Shown one piece after another: positions 1 through 8,615 of a DNA stretch of 64,000 nt. Position 1 is the stretch's first letter. Each line of letters begins with the position of its first letter. The translations under genes and the position numbers were made by a program. The DNA is from Candidatus Peribacteria bacterium (GTDB lineage Bacteria; Patescibacteriota; Gracilibacteria; Peribacterales; Peribacteraceae): contig JBEPVF010000002.1 of the NCBI GenBank assembly GCA_041691135.1, forward strand, positions 128,001 through 192,000, given 5' to 3'. A model generated the notes under the pieces. That model was not told the origin of the DNA. It worked only from the letters and a program-made list of their open reading frames with translations, and did not search any database.

Positions 1-1666
1 GACGTTCTTCGAAATGCTCGGCAACTGGAGTTTGGGAGATTATTTCAAAGCCGAACAAATCCCGTGGATGTTCGATTTTCTGACGACCTCGCTGGGACTC
101 GATGCAAAACGTTTGTACGTGACAGTGTTCCGCGGCAACGATGCGATTCCGCGCGATCAGGAATCGGTGGAACTTTGGCAGAGCGAGTTCAGCAAAGCTG
201 GCATCGATGCACAGGTCGTTGATTTTTCTGAGCGCGACGGCATGCAGAACGGACGCATCTTCTATTACGACGAGAAGAAGAACTGGTGGAGCCGCGCCGG
301 TGAACCGTCGAAGATGCCAGTAGGTGAGCCGGGCGGGCCGGACTCCGAGATGTTCTGGGACTTCGGCGCGCAGCTGCAATTGCATGAACATTCCGAATGG
401 AAGGATTCACCGTGCCATGTGAACTGCGACTGCGGACGGTTTTTGGAAATCGGGAACAATGTGTTCATGGAATATATGAAGACCGATACAGGTTTCGAAA
501 AACTCAAGCAGCGGAACGTTGACTTCGGCGGAGGATTGGAACGCATAGCGGCGGCGCTCAACGATAACCCGGATGTGTTCACAACCGACCTGTTTGCAAA
601 AATTCGCGGGGTGATTGAGAAATTGTCAGGCAAAACCTACGGCGAACAGGAAGAAGAGACGCGTGCGTTCCGCATCATCATGGATCATTTGCGCGGCGCC
701 ACATTACTGATCGGCGACGGCGCACCGCCCAGCAACCGCGACCAAGGCTATTTCACTCGTCGCATGCTTCGCCGTGCTATCCGTTTTGCCACTACGCTAG
801 GACTCCACGAAAACTTCTGCGTGACTGTCGCTGGCGCGGTGATCGACACATACATGCAATCCTACCCCGCTCTGTCCGCCCAGCGCGGCACGATTCTATC
901 GCTGGTGGACGCCGAAGAGACACAGTTCAGACTGACGCTGCAGAAAGGCGAAAAAGAATTGATGGAATACTTGGCGACCAATACGTCGATCGACGGCGCC
1001 AAAGTATTCTACTTCTACGAAACGTACGGCTTTCCGCGCGAGCTCACCGAAGAGTTGCTGGCCGAGCGGCACATCACCATCGACAAACCTGAACTCTTCG
1101 GCACAGCCAAGGGACAGCATCAGGATCTCAGTCGTACAGCAGCGGCGGGAAAATTCTCCGGCGGCCTCGCCGATCATTCAGCTGAGACGACGAAGCTGCA
1201 CACGGCCACGCATCTTCTGAATGCCGCATTGCATCAGGTGCTCGGCAATCATATATCGCAAAAAGGATCGAACATCACTGCCGAACGCCTGCGTTTCGAT
1301 TTCAATCATCCGGACAAGATGATGCCCGAGCAAATAAAGGAGGTCGAGCGTCTGGTGAACGAAGCCATCGATGCCGATCTGCCGGTGTCGTATCACCTGA
1401 CGACACCCGACGGCGCCAAGAACGAAGGAGCCATCGGCGTGTTTGATGACCGTTACGGAGCGGAAGTGAAGGTGTATGTGATGGGCTCGGACGAAAAACC
1501 GTTCAGCAAAGAAATCTGCGGCGGTCCGCATGTGGCACGTACAAAAATGCTCGGCCACCTCACGATTCAAAAAGAAGAAAGTTCTTCATCAGGAGTACGA
1601 CGGATCAAAGCAGTTGTAAGCGGCGGTCCGGCAGAGATTGAGGTGGCGAGAGAGGCTGCGATCTAG
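1..1666 (+). CDS. alaS: Alanine--tRNA ligase, 5'-truncated by the window edge; short form with editing domain and no C-Ala domain
   Basis: Frame open from base 2 (TFFEMLGNWSLGDYFK); motifs GEPGGPDSE, LEIGNNVFM, VDFGGGLER, editing HTATH and CGGPH, ends GVRRIKA. Confidence 0.97.
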   Translation, partial: TFFEMLGNWSLGDYFKAEQIPWMFDFLTTSLGLDAKRLYVTVFRGNDAIPRDQESVELWQSEFSKAGIDAQVVDFSERDGMQNGRIFYYDEKKNWWSRAGEPSKMPVGEPGGPDSEMFWDFGAQLQLHEHSEWKDSPCHVNCDCGRFLEIGNNVFMEYMKTDTGFEKLKQRNVDFGGGLERIAAALNDNPDVFTTDLFAKIRGVIEKLSGKTYGEQEEETRAFRIIMDHLRGATLLIGDGAPPSNRDQGYFTRRMLRRAIRFATTLGLHENFCVTVAGAVIDTYMQSYPALSAQRGTILSLVDAEETQFRLTLQKGEKELMEYLATNTSIDGAKVFYFYETYGFPRELTEELLAERHITIDKPELFGTAKGQHQDLSRTAAAGKFSGGLADHSAETTKLHTATHLLNAALHQVLGNHISQKGSNITAERLRFDFNHPDKMMPEQIKEVERLVNEAIDADLPVSYHLTTPDGAKNEGAIGVFDDRYGAEVKVYVMGSDEKPFSKEICGGPHVARTKMLGHLTIQKEESSSSGVRRIKAVVSGGPAEIEVAREAAI

Positions 1667-1686
1667 TATTCCATCCGCCGGTGCTT

Positions 1687-1779
1687 CCCTCACCCCGGCC
1701 CTCTCCCTCCGCCCCCTGTCGCTAAGGAAGATTTGGTCATTCGTTCGTGACTGAACACCACAGACCTGCAGGGAGAGGG
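1687..1779. repeat. REP-like element CCCTCACCCCGGCCCTCTCCC...GGGAGAGGG
   Basis: CCCTCTCCC (1699-1707) is the inverted repeat of GGGAGAGGG (1771-1779); resembles a widespread intergenic palindrome class. Confidence 0.6.
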
Positions 1780-1984
1780 AGGTGTATATGTTTTGTTTAC
1801 GCGAAGCCCCTTCACTACACCCAGGCGGCTAGAGGCTGCCAAGCCTCTTCGCACGTTCGCTATTCCAGGTAATAGTCCCTCCGCCTATGTGGTGGGGATA
1901 GGTGGTTACGAGCACTCCTGTCGCATGCCCATAGGCGCGACAGCAGGGCGAGGTGGGTCATAGGCGGTGCGTTTTTCTTTGGTA

Positions 1985-2015
1985 CTTTCTTTTGTCGCGG
2001 GGAGACAAAAGAAAG
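1985..2015. repeat. Intergenic hairpin CTTTCTTTTGTC-N7-GACAAAAGAAAG
   Basis: Perfect 12-bp stem preceded by TTTCTTTGGTAC, similar to a common small intergenic repeat class. Confidence 0.6.
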
Positions 2016-2121
2016 GACACCACTAGTGACTGGGAAGGTTCGTGCAGGCAAACATCTCAGCACCGCGCCGAGTTACGGCGCTCTGCGTGTGAAGGATGTG
2101 TTTGATCATCGCTCAGACACC

Positions 2122-2201
2122 GCAGCCGAGGACGGCTGCTGCTACGGGTGAGGGTGAAGGGTGAGCATACGCGGGTGTCCTTCGACTCCGCTCAGGATGA
2201 C
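2122..2201. repeat. Two further REP-like motifs (GCAGCCG-AGGA-CGGCTGC hairpin; TCCTTCGACTCCGCTCAGGATGAC)
   Basis: 7-bp stem hairpin at 2122-2139; 2178-2201 resembles the common TTCGACT(C/A)CGCTCAGGATGAC intergenic motif. Confidence 0.5.
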
Positions 2202-2327
2202 AGACCCGCTCTCAAGGTGGAAGTGAAGGGTATAGAAAGGTGAAGACATGGCGCTTTAGTGGAGATGAAACTAAAGAAGTGGAGGGCCCTTTGCACTTCT
2301 CCCTTCCTCCTTCTATCCTACCCTCAC

Positions 2328-3488
2328 ATGTCCCGCGCCGGATTTCTATTTGTGAGCGGCTTCGCATTTTTGTTTCCTCTGCTGACTCATGCGGAGCAGG
2401 CGACCACGTGGGATTTTCGCAATGCGAATGTCGACGGCAAATGGACAGTGACACAAACGATGACCGCCACACCACAAGCTGACGGTTTGCATCTGCATGC
2501 GAATGACGCCGGGAACATGACGCGCGAAATCGACAGAAACTCCCACATCGATGCGGTGCGCTTCATCACCAAGGCGTCTCAATCGACCGATGCATCGTTT
2601 GTCTGGCATACCGACGCCGTGCTGGGTGGAAATTTATTGAACCTTCGGACCGAAATTCAGGCCAGTGATACAGAATTGACAACGGAAGTGGATCCCAATT
2701 ACTACGCCGAGTGGGATCATCCCGATACATTGGGTATCGGTCTGCCGGCGGGAGCGGATATCACGCTGGTAGCCATGCAAACCGTGCACTGGAGCCCGCT
2801 CGAAAAACTCAGTGAGGCATGGAAGACATTCTGGACGTTCGATGCATTCAAGGCCTACACCATCAATTTTTTATGGGGCCCGCTGATCACCTTCAACCCC
2901 ATCGCACGCCATCAGCTGTACTACAGCGAACCGCCGCATGCGCAGTCGGCCAACCGATACTTTTATTATTTCTTCGCTATCGTCGCAATCATCACCGCCA
3001 TCCACTGGTTCGTGCGCGGTCGTCCGCGTCCGGCACGGAAATATATGATGGCATTGGTCGGAACATTTGCCGCACTGTGGTTGTTTTACGATATGCGCAT
3101 GGGCTTGGAAATTCTGGACTATGCGCGCTACGACTACAAAACGCTGTACGCGACCGATCCCGCCAACCGCGAATTCCGCAATTACAAGAATTTCTACGTG
3201 ATGGTGGACGCCATTCTGCCGCGCCTGATGCAGGAAAAAACATACGCCATTCTTGTCCCCGACCAAACGTCACTGCACGGCATGCTGCGTTACATGACGA
3301 TGCCGGTACTGCCGTACGAATCGAGTGAGGATCCCAAAGACGCCAAAGTGTGGGTGGTGTTCAAAATGCCGAACGTGAAAGTGGATGATCAGGGACATCT
3401 GACGGAAGACGGCAAAGTGCTCACCGCTCCGGGCCACGTCATTCAACAAATCGACGATTCCAGTTTCCTCTTCGAAATCTCCCCATGA
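2328..3488 (+). CDS. Hypothetical membrane protein with signal peptide
   Basis: ATG 2328 starts a signal-peptide-like segment (MSRAGFLFVSGFAFLFPLLTHA); two internal TM helices; stop overlaps the next start (ATGA). Confidence 0.8.
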   Translation: MSRAGFLFVSGFAFLFPLLTHAEQATTWDFRNANVDGKWTVTQTMTATPQADGLHLHANDAGNMTREIDRNSHIDAVRFITKASQSTDASFVWHTDAVLGGNLLNLRTEIQASDTELTTEVDPNYYAEWDHPDTLGIGLPAGADITLVAMQTVHWSPLEKLSEAWKTFWTFDAFKAYTINFLWGPLITFNPIARHQLYYSEPPHAQSANRYFYYFFAIVAIITAIHWFVRGRPRPARKYMMALVGTFAALWLFYDMRMGLEILDYARYDYKTLYATDPANREFRNYKNFYVMVDAILPRLMQEKTYAILVPDQTSLHGMLRYMTMPVLPYESSEDPKDAKVWVVFKMPNVKVDDQGHLTEDGKVLTAPGHVIQQIDDSSFLFEISP

Positions 3489-4888
3489 TCTTCCTCTATC
3501 TCCTACTAGGCATCGCACCGGCCACGCTCGCCGGGTGGCTGCTGGTGCGGCTCATCGAAGGCAATACGCTCGTCCTGCTGCGCGGTGAACGGTGGGTGCT
3601 CGGCTGTCTGCTCGGCATCACGCTAACGATGTTCGTATCGTTCATCGGCAGTGCCATGCTGGGCGTGCCGCTGTCGCGCGTGGGATTTTTGGCGATGCAG
3701 GCGGTGCTCCTCCTTATTCTGGGGACACTGTGGTGGTTCCTTCTCCGCAATAAAGAAGCACCGGTGCAACCGAAGCCGTCGCCATCCACGCTCCACGGCT
3801 GGAAGCTGTGGCTGATACTCGCATTGGCAACGTGGACGGTCGTCAAATTGTTTGCCAGTTTGTTTCTCCTCACCGCCACTCCCATCTATCTGGACGACAG
3901 CATCAATAACTGGAACTACCGCGGCAAGGCGTACTTCGTGAATCAGACATTCGTCCTCGACGTGCTGTCGCCGGGCGGTTCCTCGACAATGAAGTCACTG
4001 AGTTCGTACCCGCCGACCGTGCCGATGGCGAAAACATGGCTGGCGGATTTGATGGGTGAGTGGGACGAAGGCCTAATCAACAGCATCCACTTCGTGTGGT
4101 TTGCCTGCGCCGTGCTCCTCGTATTCTATGCCCTGCGCCGGCGGACGTCGCTCTTCTTATCACTGCTCGGCTGCTATGCACTCATCAGTCTGCCGCTGTA
4201 TTTGATTCAAGGATCGAACCCGTACGCCGATGTCTTTATGTCCGCCCATCTGATCGCCGCGGTCAGCCTGCTCGCATCGGCTCTGGCATCCGACACGCGA
4301 TTGGAAACGAAAACATTTCTGCGCCTGGGTGCACTGGCCTCCGGATTGCTGCTGTTCACCAAGAACGAAGCGTTGCTCCTCTACACGCCGCTTACATTGG
4401 GTCTGTTGGCACTGACACTCTTTGTTCAATCGCGCCGTCGCATTCTCCAAACGCAGGACATTATCGAAGCGGTCTGCGCCTATGCCATAGCACTGGTAGT
4501 GATCGGCGGACCGTGGATCGGCTACAAGTTCTTGCATGATCTGCCGTTCGGCAACGCCAAATCGGTTAGCGGTTTCGACGTGAAGTGGCAACCCTTCGTC
4601 TTCAGTGCGGTGATGGTCAACACCTTTTTTGAGGGCAACTGGCTCCTCTTCTTCCCGGGCATCATTCTACTGCTGCTCTGGCAATGGCGGGCGGCTTTCT
4701 CGCGGCGACTGCTGGTGCTCACCCTCTTCTTCCTGGGTGCCATCGGCGTGCAATACCTGCTGTTCCAGTTCACCTCGCTCTCCAACGAGGCGCTGTACCA
4801 AACCGGGTTAGCGCGAGGATTCACGCAGGTGCTGCCGATTGGAGTATTCTTGGCGATGATGTTGGTGCATGAATTTGAGGAAAAGTGA
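3485..4888 (+). CDS. Polytopic membrane protein, probable GT-C fold glycosyltransferase (PMT/ArnT-like)
   Basis: About 12 hydrophobic segments; DD in the first loop (YLDDSINNWNYRGK), YPP motif, YAD and TKNEA motifs. Confidence 0.65.
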   Translation: MIFLYLLLGIAPATLAGWLLVRLIEGNTLVLLRGERWVLGCLLGITLTMFVSFIGSAMLGVPLSRVGFLAMQAVLLLILGTLWWFLLRNKEAPVQPKPSPSTLHGWKLWLILALATWTVVKLFASLFLLTATPIYLDDSINNWNYRGKAYFVNQTFVLDVLSPGGSSTMKSLSSYPPTVPMAKTWLADLMGEWDEGLINSIHFVWFACAVLLVFYALRRRTSLFLSLLGCYALISLPLYLIQGSNPYADVFMSAHLIAAVSLLASALASDTRLETKTFLRLGALASGLLLFTKNEALLLYTPLTLGLLALTLFVQSRRRILQTQDIIEAVCAYAIALVVIGGPWIGYKFLHDLPFGNAKSVSGFDVKWQPFVFSAVMVNTFFEGNWLLFFPGIILLLLWQWRAAFSRRLLVLTLFFLGAIGVQYLLFQFTSLSNEALYQTGLARGFTQVLPIGVFLAMMLVHEFEEK

Positions 4889-4985
4889 CCGACGTGACCG
4901 GGGAAGTGGATGCAGAGAAAAATGAGAATCAGGTCCTGCTCTGCACATTGGCAACCCCCACCAACCCCGCTATCCTGTTCCGGTC

Positions 4986-6371
4986 ATGGCTTCGTACGCA
5001 GCATTCATCGGCCACCATCCCACCATCAGTTTGGCTGAGTTGAGTGCCGTCATTCCGGATTTTCAGATTCGCCGGCTGCTGGGGAAACAGGTCGTGGTGT
5101 TCGAGAGCTCGGCCGATCTGTCGCCGACTGATTTGAATTTATTGGGCGGGACGGTCGTCATTGCCCGCGGTCTCGATCCGCAACCAACCAACGCCGATGG
5201 CATTCCAAACGCACTGCTCGCCGCCGTGCAGGATGTAAAAGGGAAGATCGTCTTCGGCCTGCGCACGCAGGGACTGTCGCCGAAGAAAGTGAGCGAGCTG
5301 TATCGCAGCAGCAAAAAACTATTGAAGAAGTCCGGCCGGCCGGTGCGTTACGTGGGTTCCGAACTTTCGCCTGCCCCGTCCGTCGTACTGCACACCGAGG
5401 ATATGCTGTCGGGCAAACACGGCGCCGAAATCGTCGCGCTGACCGGCGAAGGTTTTTTCTGGATCGGCCGCACCATCGCCGCCCAGGACGTAGACGCCTA
5501 CACCAAGCGCGATATCAGCAAACCGGTGCGCGATACGACTGTAGGATTGCTGCCTCCCAAGCTCGCACAGATGCTGCTGAACCTTGGCCAGTGGGCCGCG
5601 CGCAGTGCCAATCCTGCATTGCCGGAAAAACTGACCGTGCTCGATCCGTTCTGCGGCACCGGCGTCATTCCACTGGAATGTCTGCTGCGCGGCTGGAGTG
5701 TTCTGGCTTCCGATTTGTCGCCCAAAGCAGTAGCCGGCAGCACCAAAAATATTGAATGGATCCGGAAGGAAGAAAAAATTCTGAAGAGCGAGGTACCGGC
5801 CACCGTATGGAAGCAAGACGCGCGCAAGCCGTTTGACTTCGCCAACGGCAAACCGTTCAAAGTGAAAGACCTGCCGCATATGGTCGTGACCGAAACGAGC
5901 CTCGGACCGCCGCTCACCAAACGGCCGCCGCTGAAAGATATTCAGCACCTGAAGTCCGAGAACGAACGACTGCAGATCGATTTTCTGACGAATATCGCCA
6001 GCAGTCTGCCCGGCGTACCGGTCGTCTGCACCTGGCCGGCGTGGTACTACAGCAAGGGGCCGATCTTCCTGGAGAAAGTGATCGCCGCCGCCGAAAAACT
6101 GGGTTTCGAACTCGTCCTGCCACCCGGCATCCAGAGTCCCGGTGACCGCCCGACTTTGCTGTACCGCCGTCCCGACCAGTTCGTCGGCCGCGAGATCGTC
6201 ATTCTTCGTCCGCGCGTCAAAGTTGCCAAGCCGGTAGCGCCGACGCCTGAGGTTCCTGCCAAAGTGGCAGTGAAACCGGTAAAGAATGCACCGGTTGCGG
6301 CAAAAAAGTCAGACAAGAAACCGGCAGCCAAACATCACAGTGCCTTTCATGCCAAGAAAAAGAGGAAATGA
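4986..6371 (+). CDS. SAM-dependent RNA methyltransferase (Trm11/UPF0020-like) with Lys/Pro/Ala-rich tail
   Basis: RDISKPVRD..GLLPPKLAQMLLNL and VLDPFCGTGVI SAM-binding motif. Confidence 0.8.
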   Translation: MASYAAFIGHHPTISLAELSAVIPDFQIRRLLGKQVVVFESSADLSPTDLNLLGGTVVIARGLDPQPTNADGIPNALLAAVQDVKGKIVFGLRTQGLSPKKVSELYRSSKKLLKKSGRPVRYVGSELSPAPSVVLHTEDMLSGKHGAEIVALTGEGFFWIGRTIAAQDVDAYTKRDISKPVRDTTVGLLPPKLAQMLLNLGQWAARSANPALPEKLTVLDPFCGTGVIPLECLLRGWSVLASDLSPKAVAGSTKNIEWIRKEEKILKSEVPATVWKQDARKPFDFANGKPFKVKDLPHMVVTETSLGPPLTKRPPLKDIQHLKSENERLQIDFLTNIASSLPGVPVVCTWPAWYYSKGPIFLEKVIAAAEKLGFELVLPPGIQSPGDRPTLLYRRPDQFVGREIVILRPRVKVAKPVAPTPEVPAKVAVKPVKNAPVAAKKSDKKPAAKHHSAFHAKKKRK

Positions 6372-6465
6372 AAAATTAAAGACCGAACACTGACTTTCGA
6401 TCGCTGGCCACTCTTTTTGTAATTCCCTCCTGCGCTCCGCGCCGCCATCATGCATACTGTTTGCC

Positions 6466-7077
6466 ATGACGGCACGACGTGCTCCACACACTGCACCCAA
6501 GCGAAACGCTCGCGCATCGTCGCGATTATTGTCAGGGAAAAAGCGCCTGCCGACGGTGGTTGGGCATACGATCATTATTCTGTTTTGCGTATGGCATATG
6601 GCAACCGTCGCGATCTACAGCATCCCCACCGATGGCAACGGTATCGCCCAAACCGTGCGATTCAAACTGCTACCGATCATCCGGCCCTATATCCTCACAC
6701 TGTCGCAGTGGCAACAGTGGAATCTGTTTTCCCCCAACCCGCTGCGTCGCGTGACGACCTTTCACCTCGACGTCCAACAGGGAACAACATGGGTGCCGCT
6801 GAAGAGCTTCGATCCGCGCCAGGAATCGGCATGGAACAAAGACACCTACATGCTGAAAGCGCTCATCACTTTCGACAGTAACGACGAACTCTACAACTCA
6901 TCGCTTCTGGCCCTCATGCGATCGTACTGTATCAGTGATCTGATTCCACAGGGCACCACTCTGCGTATGCGCCGCGATTACTACATCGTTCCGCACGACA
7001 AAGAACCGGTAAGCGAATGGCTCAAAGGTCCGCCAGCCAGCGAATCGAAACCCGATCTTCTGACCCGTTGTCCGTAA
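6466..7077 (+). CDS. Membrane-anchored partner of the HTTM protein (DUF5819/SdpA-like)
   Basis: N-terminal TM helix and QWQQWNLFSPNP motif; 2 nt upstream of the HTTM gene. Confidence 0.6.
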   Translation: MTARRAPHTAPKRNARASSRLLSGKKRLPTVVGHTIIILFCVWHMATVAIYSIPTDGNGIAQTVRFKLLPIIRPYILTLSQWQQWNLFSPNPLRRVTTFHLDVQQGTTWVPLKSFDPRQESAWNKDTYMLKALITFDSNDELYNSSLLALMRSYCISDLIPQGTTLRMRRDYYIVPHDKEPVSEWLKGPPASESKPDLLTRCP

Positions 7078-7079
7078 AC

Positions 7080-8396
7080 ATGCGACTCTTCCGCGCCATC
7101 GACGGCTTCTTTTTTCGCTCCGACAGCGCCACGAGTTTCGGCCTGATGCGCGCAGTGTGGGCGGCGGCGGTGTTCTTCACCATGCTCTTGCGATCGAATA
7201 ACATCACGCGCTTCTACAGCGAAACAGGCATGTTGCCCGCCGCCGTGCAACCGCTCATCCTGCGACAGGACCATCTGTTCGGCATCCTCCAGTGGGTATC
7301 CGATCCGCAAGGTGTGTTGGCGATCTATGTCATCCTGCTCCTCAGTTGTATCGTGATGTTCTTCGGCATCTATGCACGCGCTTCGACCATCATCAGCGTG
7401 CTGCTGTTCTTCTCGTTCAACGAACGCAATCCGCTGATCCTCGGCGGCGGTGACACCGTCCTGCGCGTCGTGGGACTGCTGCTCATCATCGCGCCGAGCA
7501 TCCATGCTTTTTCGCTGCCGCGTCTGGGCAAGCAGTGGCGTCTGTGGTCGAAGAAGCGCACGTTATTGCCGCCGCTCACCATGCCGGCATGGCCGCGCAT
7601 TCTATTGCTCTGGCAACTCATCGTCCTCTACAGCACATCGCTATGGGACAAGATGTACGGCGACATGTGGTGGCAGGGCACAGCCGTCGCCGCCACGCTG
7701 CATCAAGGACAATTCTCGCGCCTGCCGTGGGACTGGGTCACGCCGTTCGTCGTCCTCTCGGCGCCGCTCACTTGGGGTACCACCCTGTTCGAAGCAATGT
7801 GGCTTCTACTCCTGATCCCACGTCCCGTCGCGCGTTTTCTGCCGTGGAAATCCCCCGCCGCACTCAAGCGGCTGCTCATCATCGGCGGCATCATCTTCCA
7901 CGGATCGATCTTCCTGTTCATGGAAGTCGGTTCCTTCTCGGGCGCCATGTTCACGGCGTACATCGGACTGATCACCCAAGAGGACATCGAAGCAATTCGC
8001 CGCTGGTGGAACAGTCCGAAGAAAAAGCGAGAGCACTCGATAGCGATTCTGTACGACGGCCACTGCGGACTATGCCAGCGCAGTGTGTTCGCCATGCAGC
8101 TCTTCGATGCATTCCATCGGATCACACCAGTGGATTATCATAATCTGGCACAGCGGCAAAAAGTCGCACCTCATCTGCGACTACAGGATCTGGATCGGGC
8201 CATGCACATCAAATTATCCGATGGTCGCATGTACCGCGGCTTCGATGCCATGCGGGTGCTGACATGGCACCTGCCAGTTTTCTGGCTGGTCGCACCTTTC
8301 CTGTATATACCTGGCATCCCCCAGCTGGGCCGCCTCTTTTACGCCCGCATCGCTGCACGCCGAATCTTGTGTAAACACGGCGATTGCCGTTTTTAA
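7080..8396 (+). CDS. HTTM (vitamin K-dependent carboxylase-like) membrane protein fused to a DCC1-like (DUF393) thiol-disulfide domain
   Basis: ERNPLILGGGD, WQLIVLY..S..DK..G..WWQGTAV, FHGSIFLFM motifs; C-terminal LYDGHCGLC...GFDA. Confidence 0.8.
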   Translation: MRLFRAIDGFFFRSDSATSFGLMRAVWAAAVFFTMLLRSNNITRFYSETGMLPAAVQPLILRQDHLFGILQWVSDPQGVLAIYVILLLSCIVMFFGIYARASTIISVLLFFSFNERNPLILGGGDTVLRVVGLLLIIAPSIHAFSLPRLGKQWRLWSKKRTLLPPLTMPAWPRILLLWQLIVLYSTSLWDKMYGDMWWQGTAVAATLHQGQFSRLPWDWVTPFVVLSAPLTWGTTLFEAMWLLLLIPRPVARFLPWKSPAALKRLLIIGGIIFHGSIFLFMEVGSFSGAMFTAYIGLITQEDIEAIRRWWNSPKKKREHSIAILYDGHCGLCQRSVFAMQLFDAFHRITPVDYHNLAQRQKVAPHLRLQDLDRAMHIKLSDGRMYRGFDAMRVLTWHLPVFWLVAPFLYIPGIPQLGRLFYARIAARRILCKHGDCRF

Positions 8397-8397
8397 A

Positions 8398-8435
8398 GGT
8401 TTTCGTTGGTTCCTTCGGTTCCGTCGGTTTCCTTT
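8398..8435. repeat. Degenerate ~9-bp tandem repeat (GGTTCCTTC-like)
   Basis: ggttttcgtt/ggttccttc/ggttccgtc/ggtttcctt immediately after the HTTM stop codon. Confidence 0.45.
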
Positions 8436-8484
8436 TCAATAACCCTAGATCGACACTCCTTTTTCCGTATACTACCCCGGGCAT

Positions 8485-8559
8485 TCCCCTGTAGCTCAAT
8501 GGTAGAGCATCTCGCTGTTAACGAGAGGGTTACTGGTTCGAGTCCAGTCGGGGGAGCCA
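8485..8559 (+). tRNA. tRNA-Asn (GTT)
   Basis: Acceptor stem TCCCCTG/CGGGGGA, D-arm GCTC..GAGC, anticodon stem TCTCG/CGAGA with loop CT-GTT-AA, T-loop TTCGAGT, encoded CCA. Confidence 0.98.
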
Positions 8560-8581
8560 AACTTGATTTATATAAGATATA

Positions 8582-8609
8582 TTGATTAATAACAATTTAA
8601 GACTATAGT
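8582..8609 (+). promoter_or_regulatory. Sigma70-type promoter, leaderless start
   Basis: TTGATT-16-TATAGT, ATG 6 nt downstream. Confidence 0.55.
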
Positions 8610-8615
8610 ACTGCT

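Noticed and set aside
1-1666. Short AlaRS as a novel or pseudogenised form
   Set aside because: AlaRS lacking the C-Ala domain is known in reduced genomes; catalytic and editing motifs are intact and the 5' end simply lies outside the window
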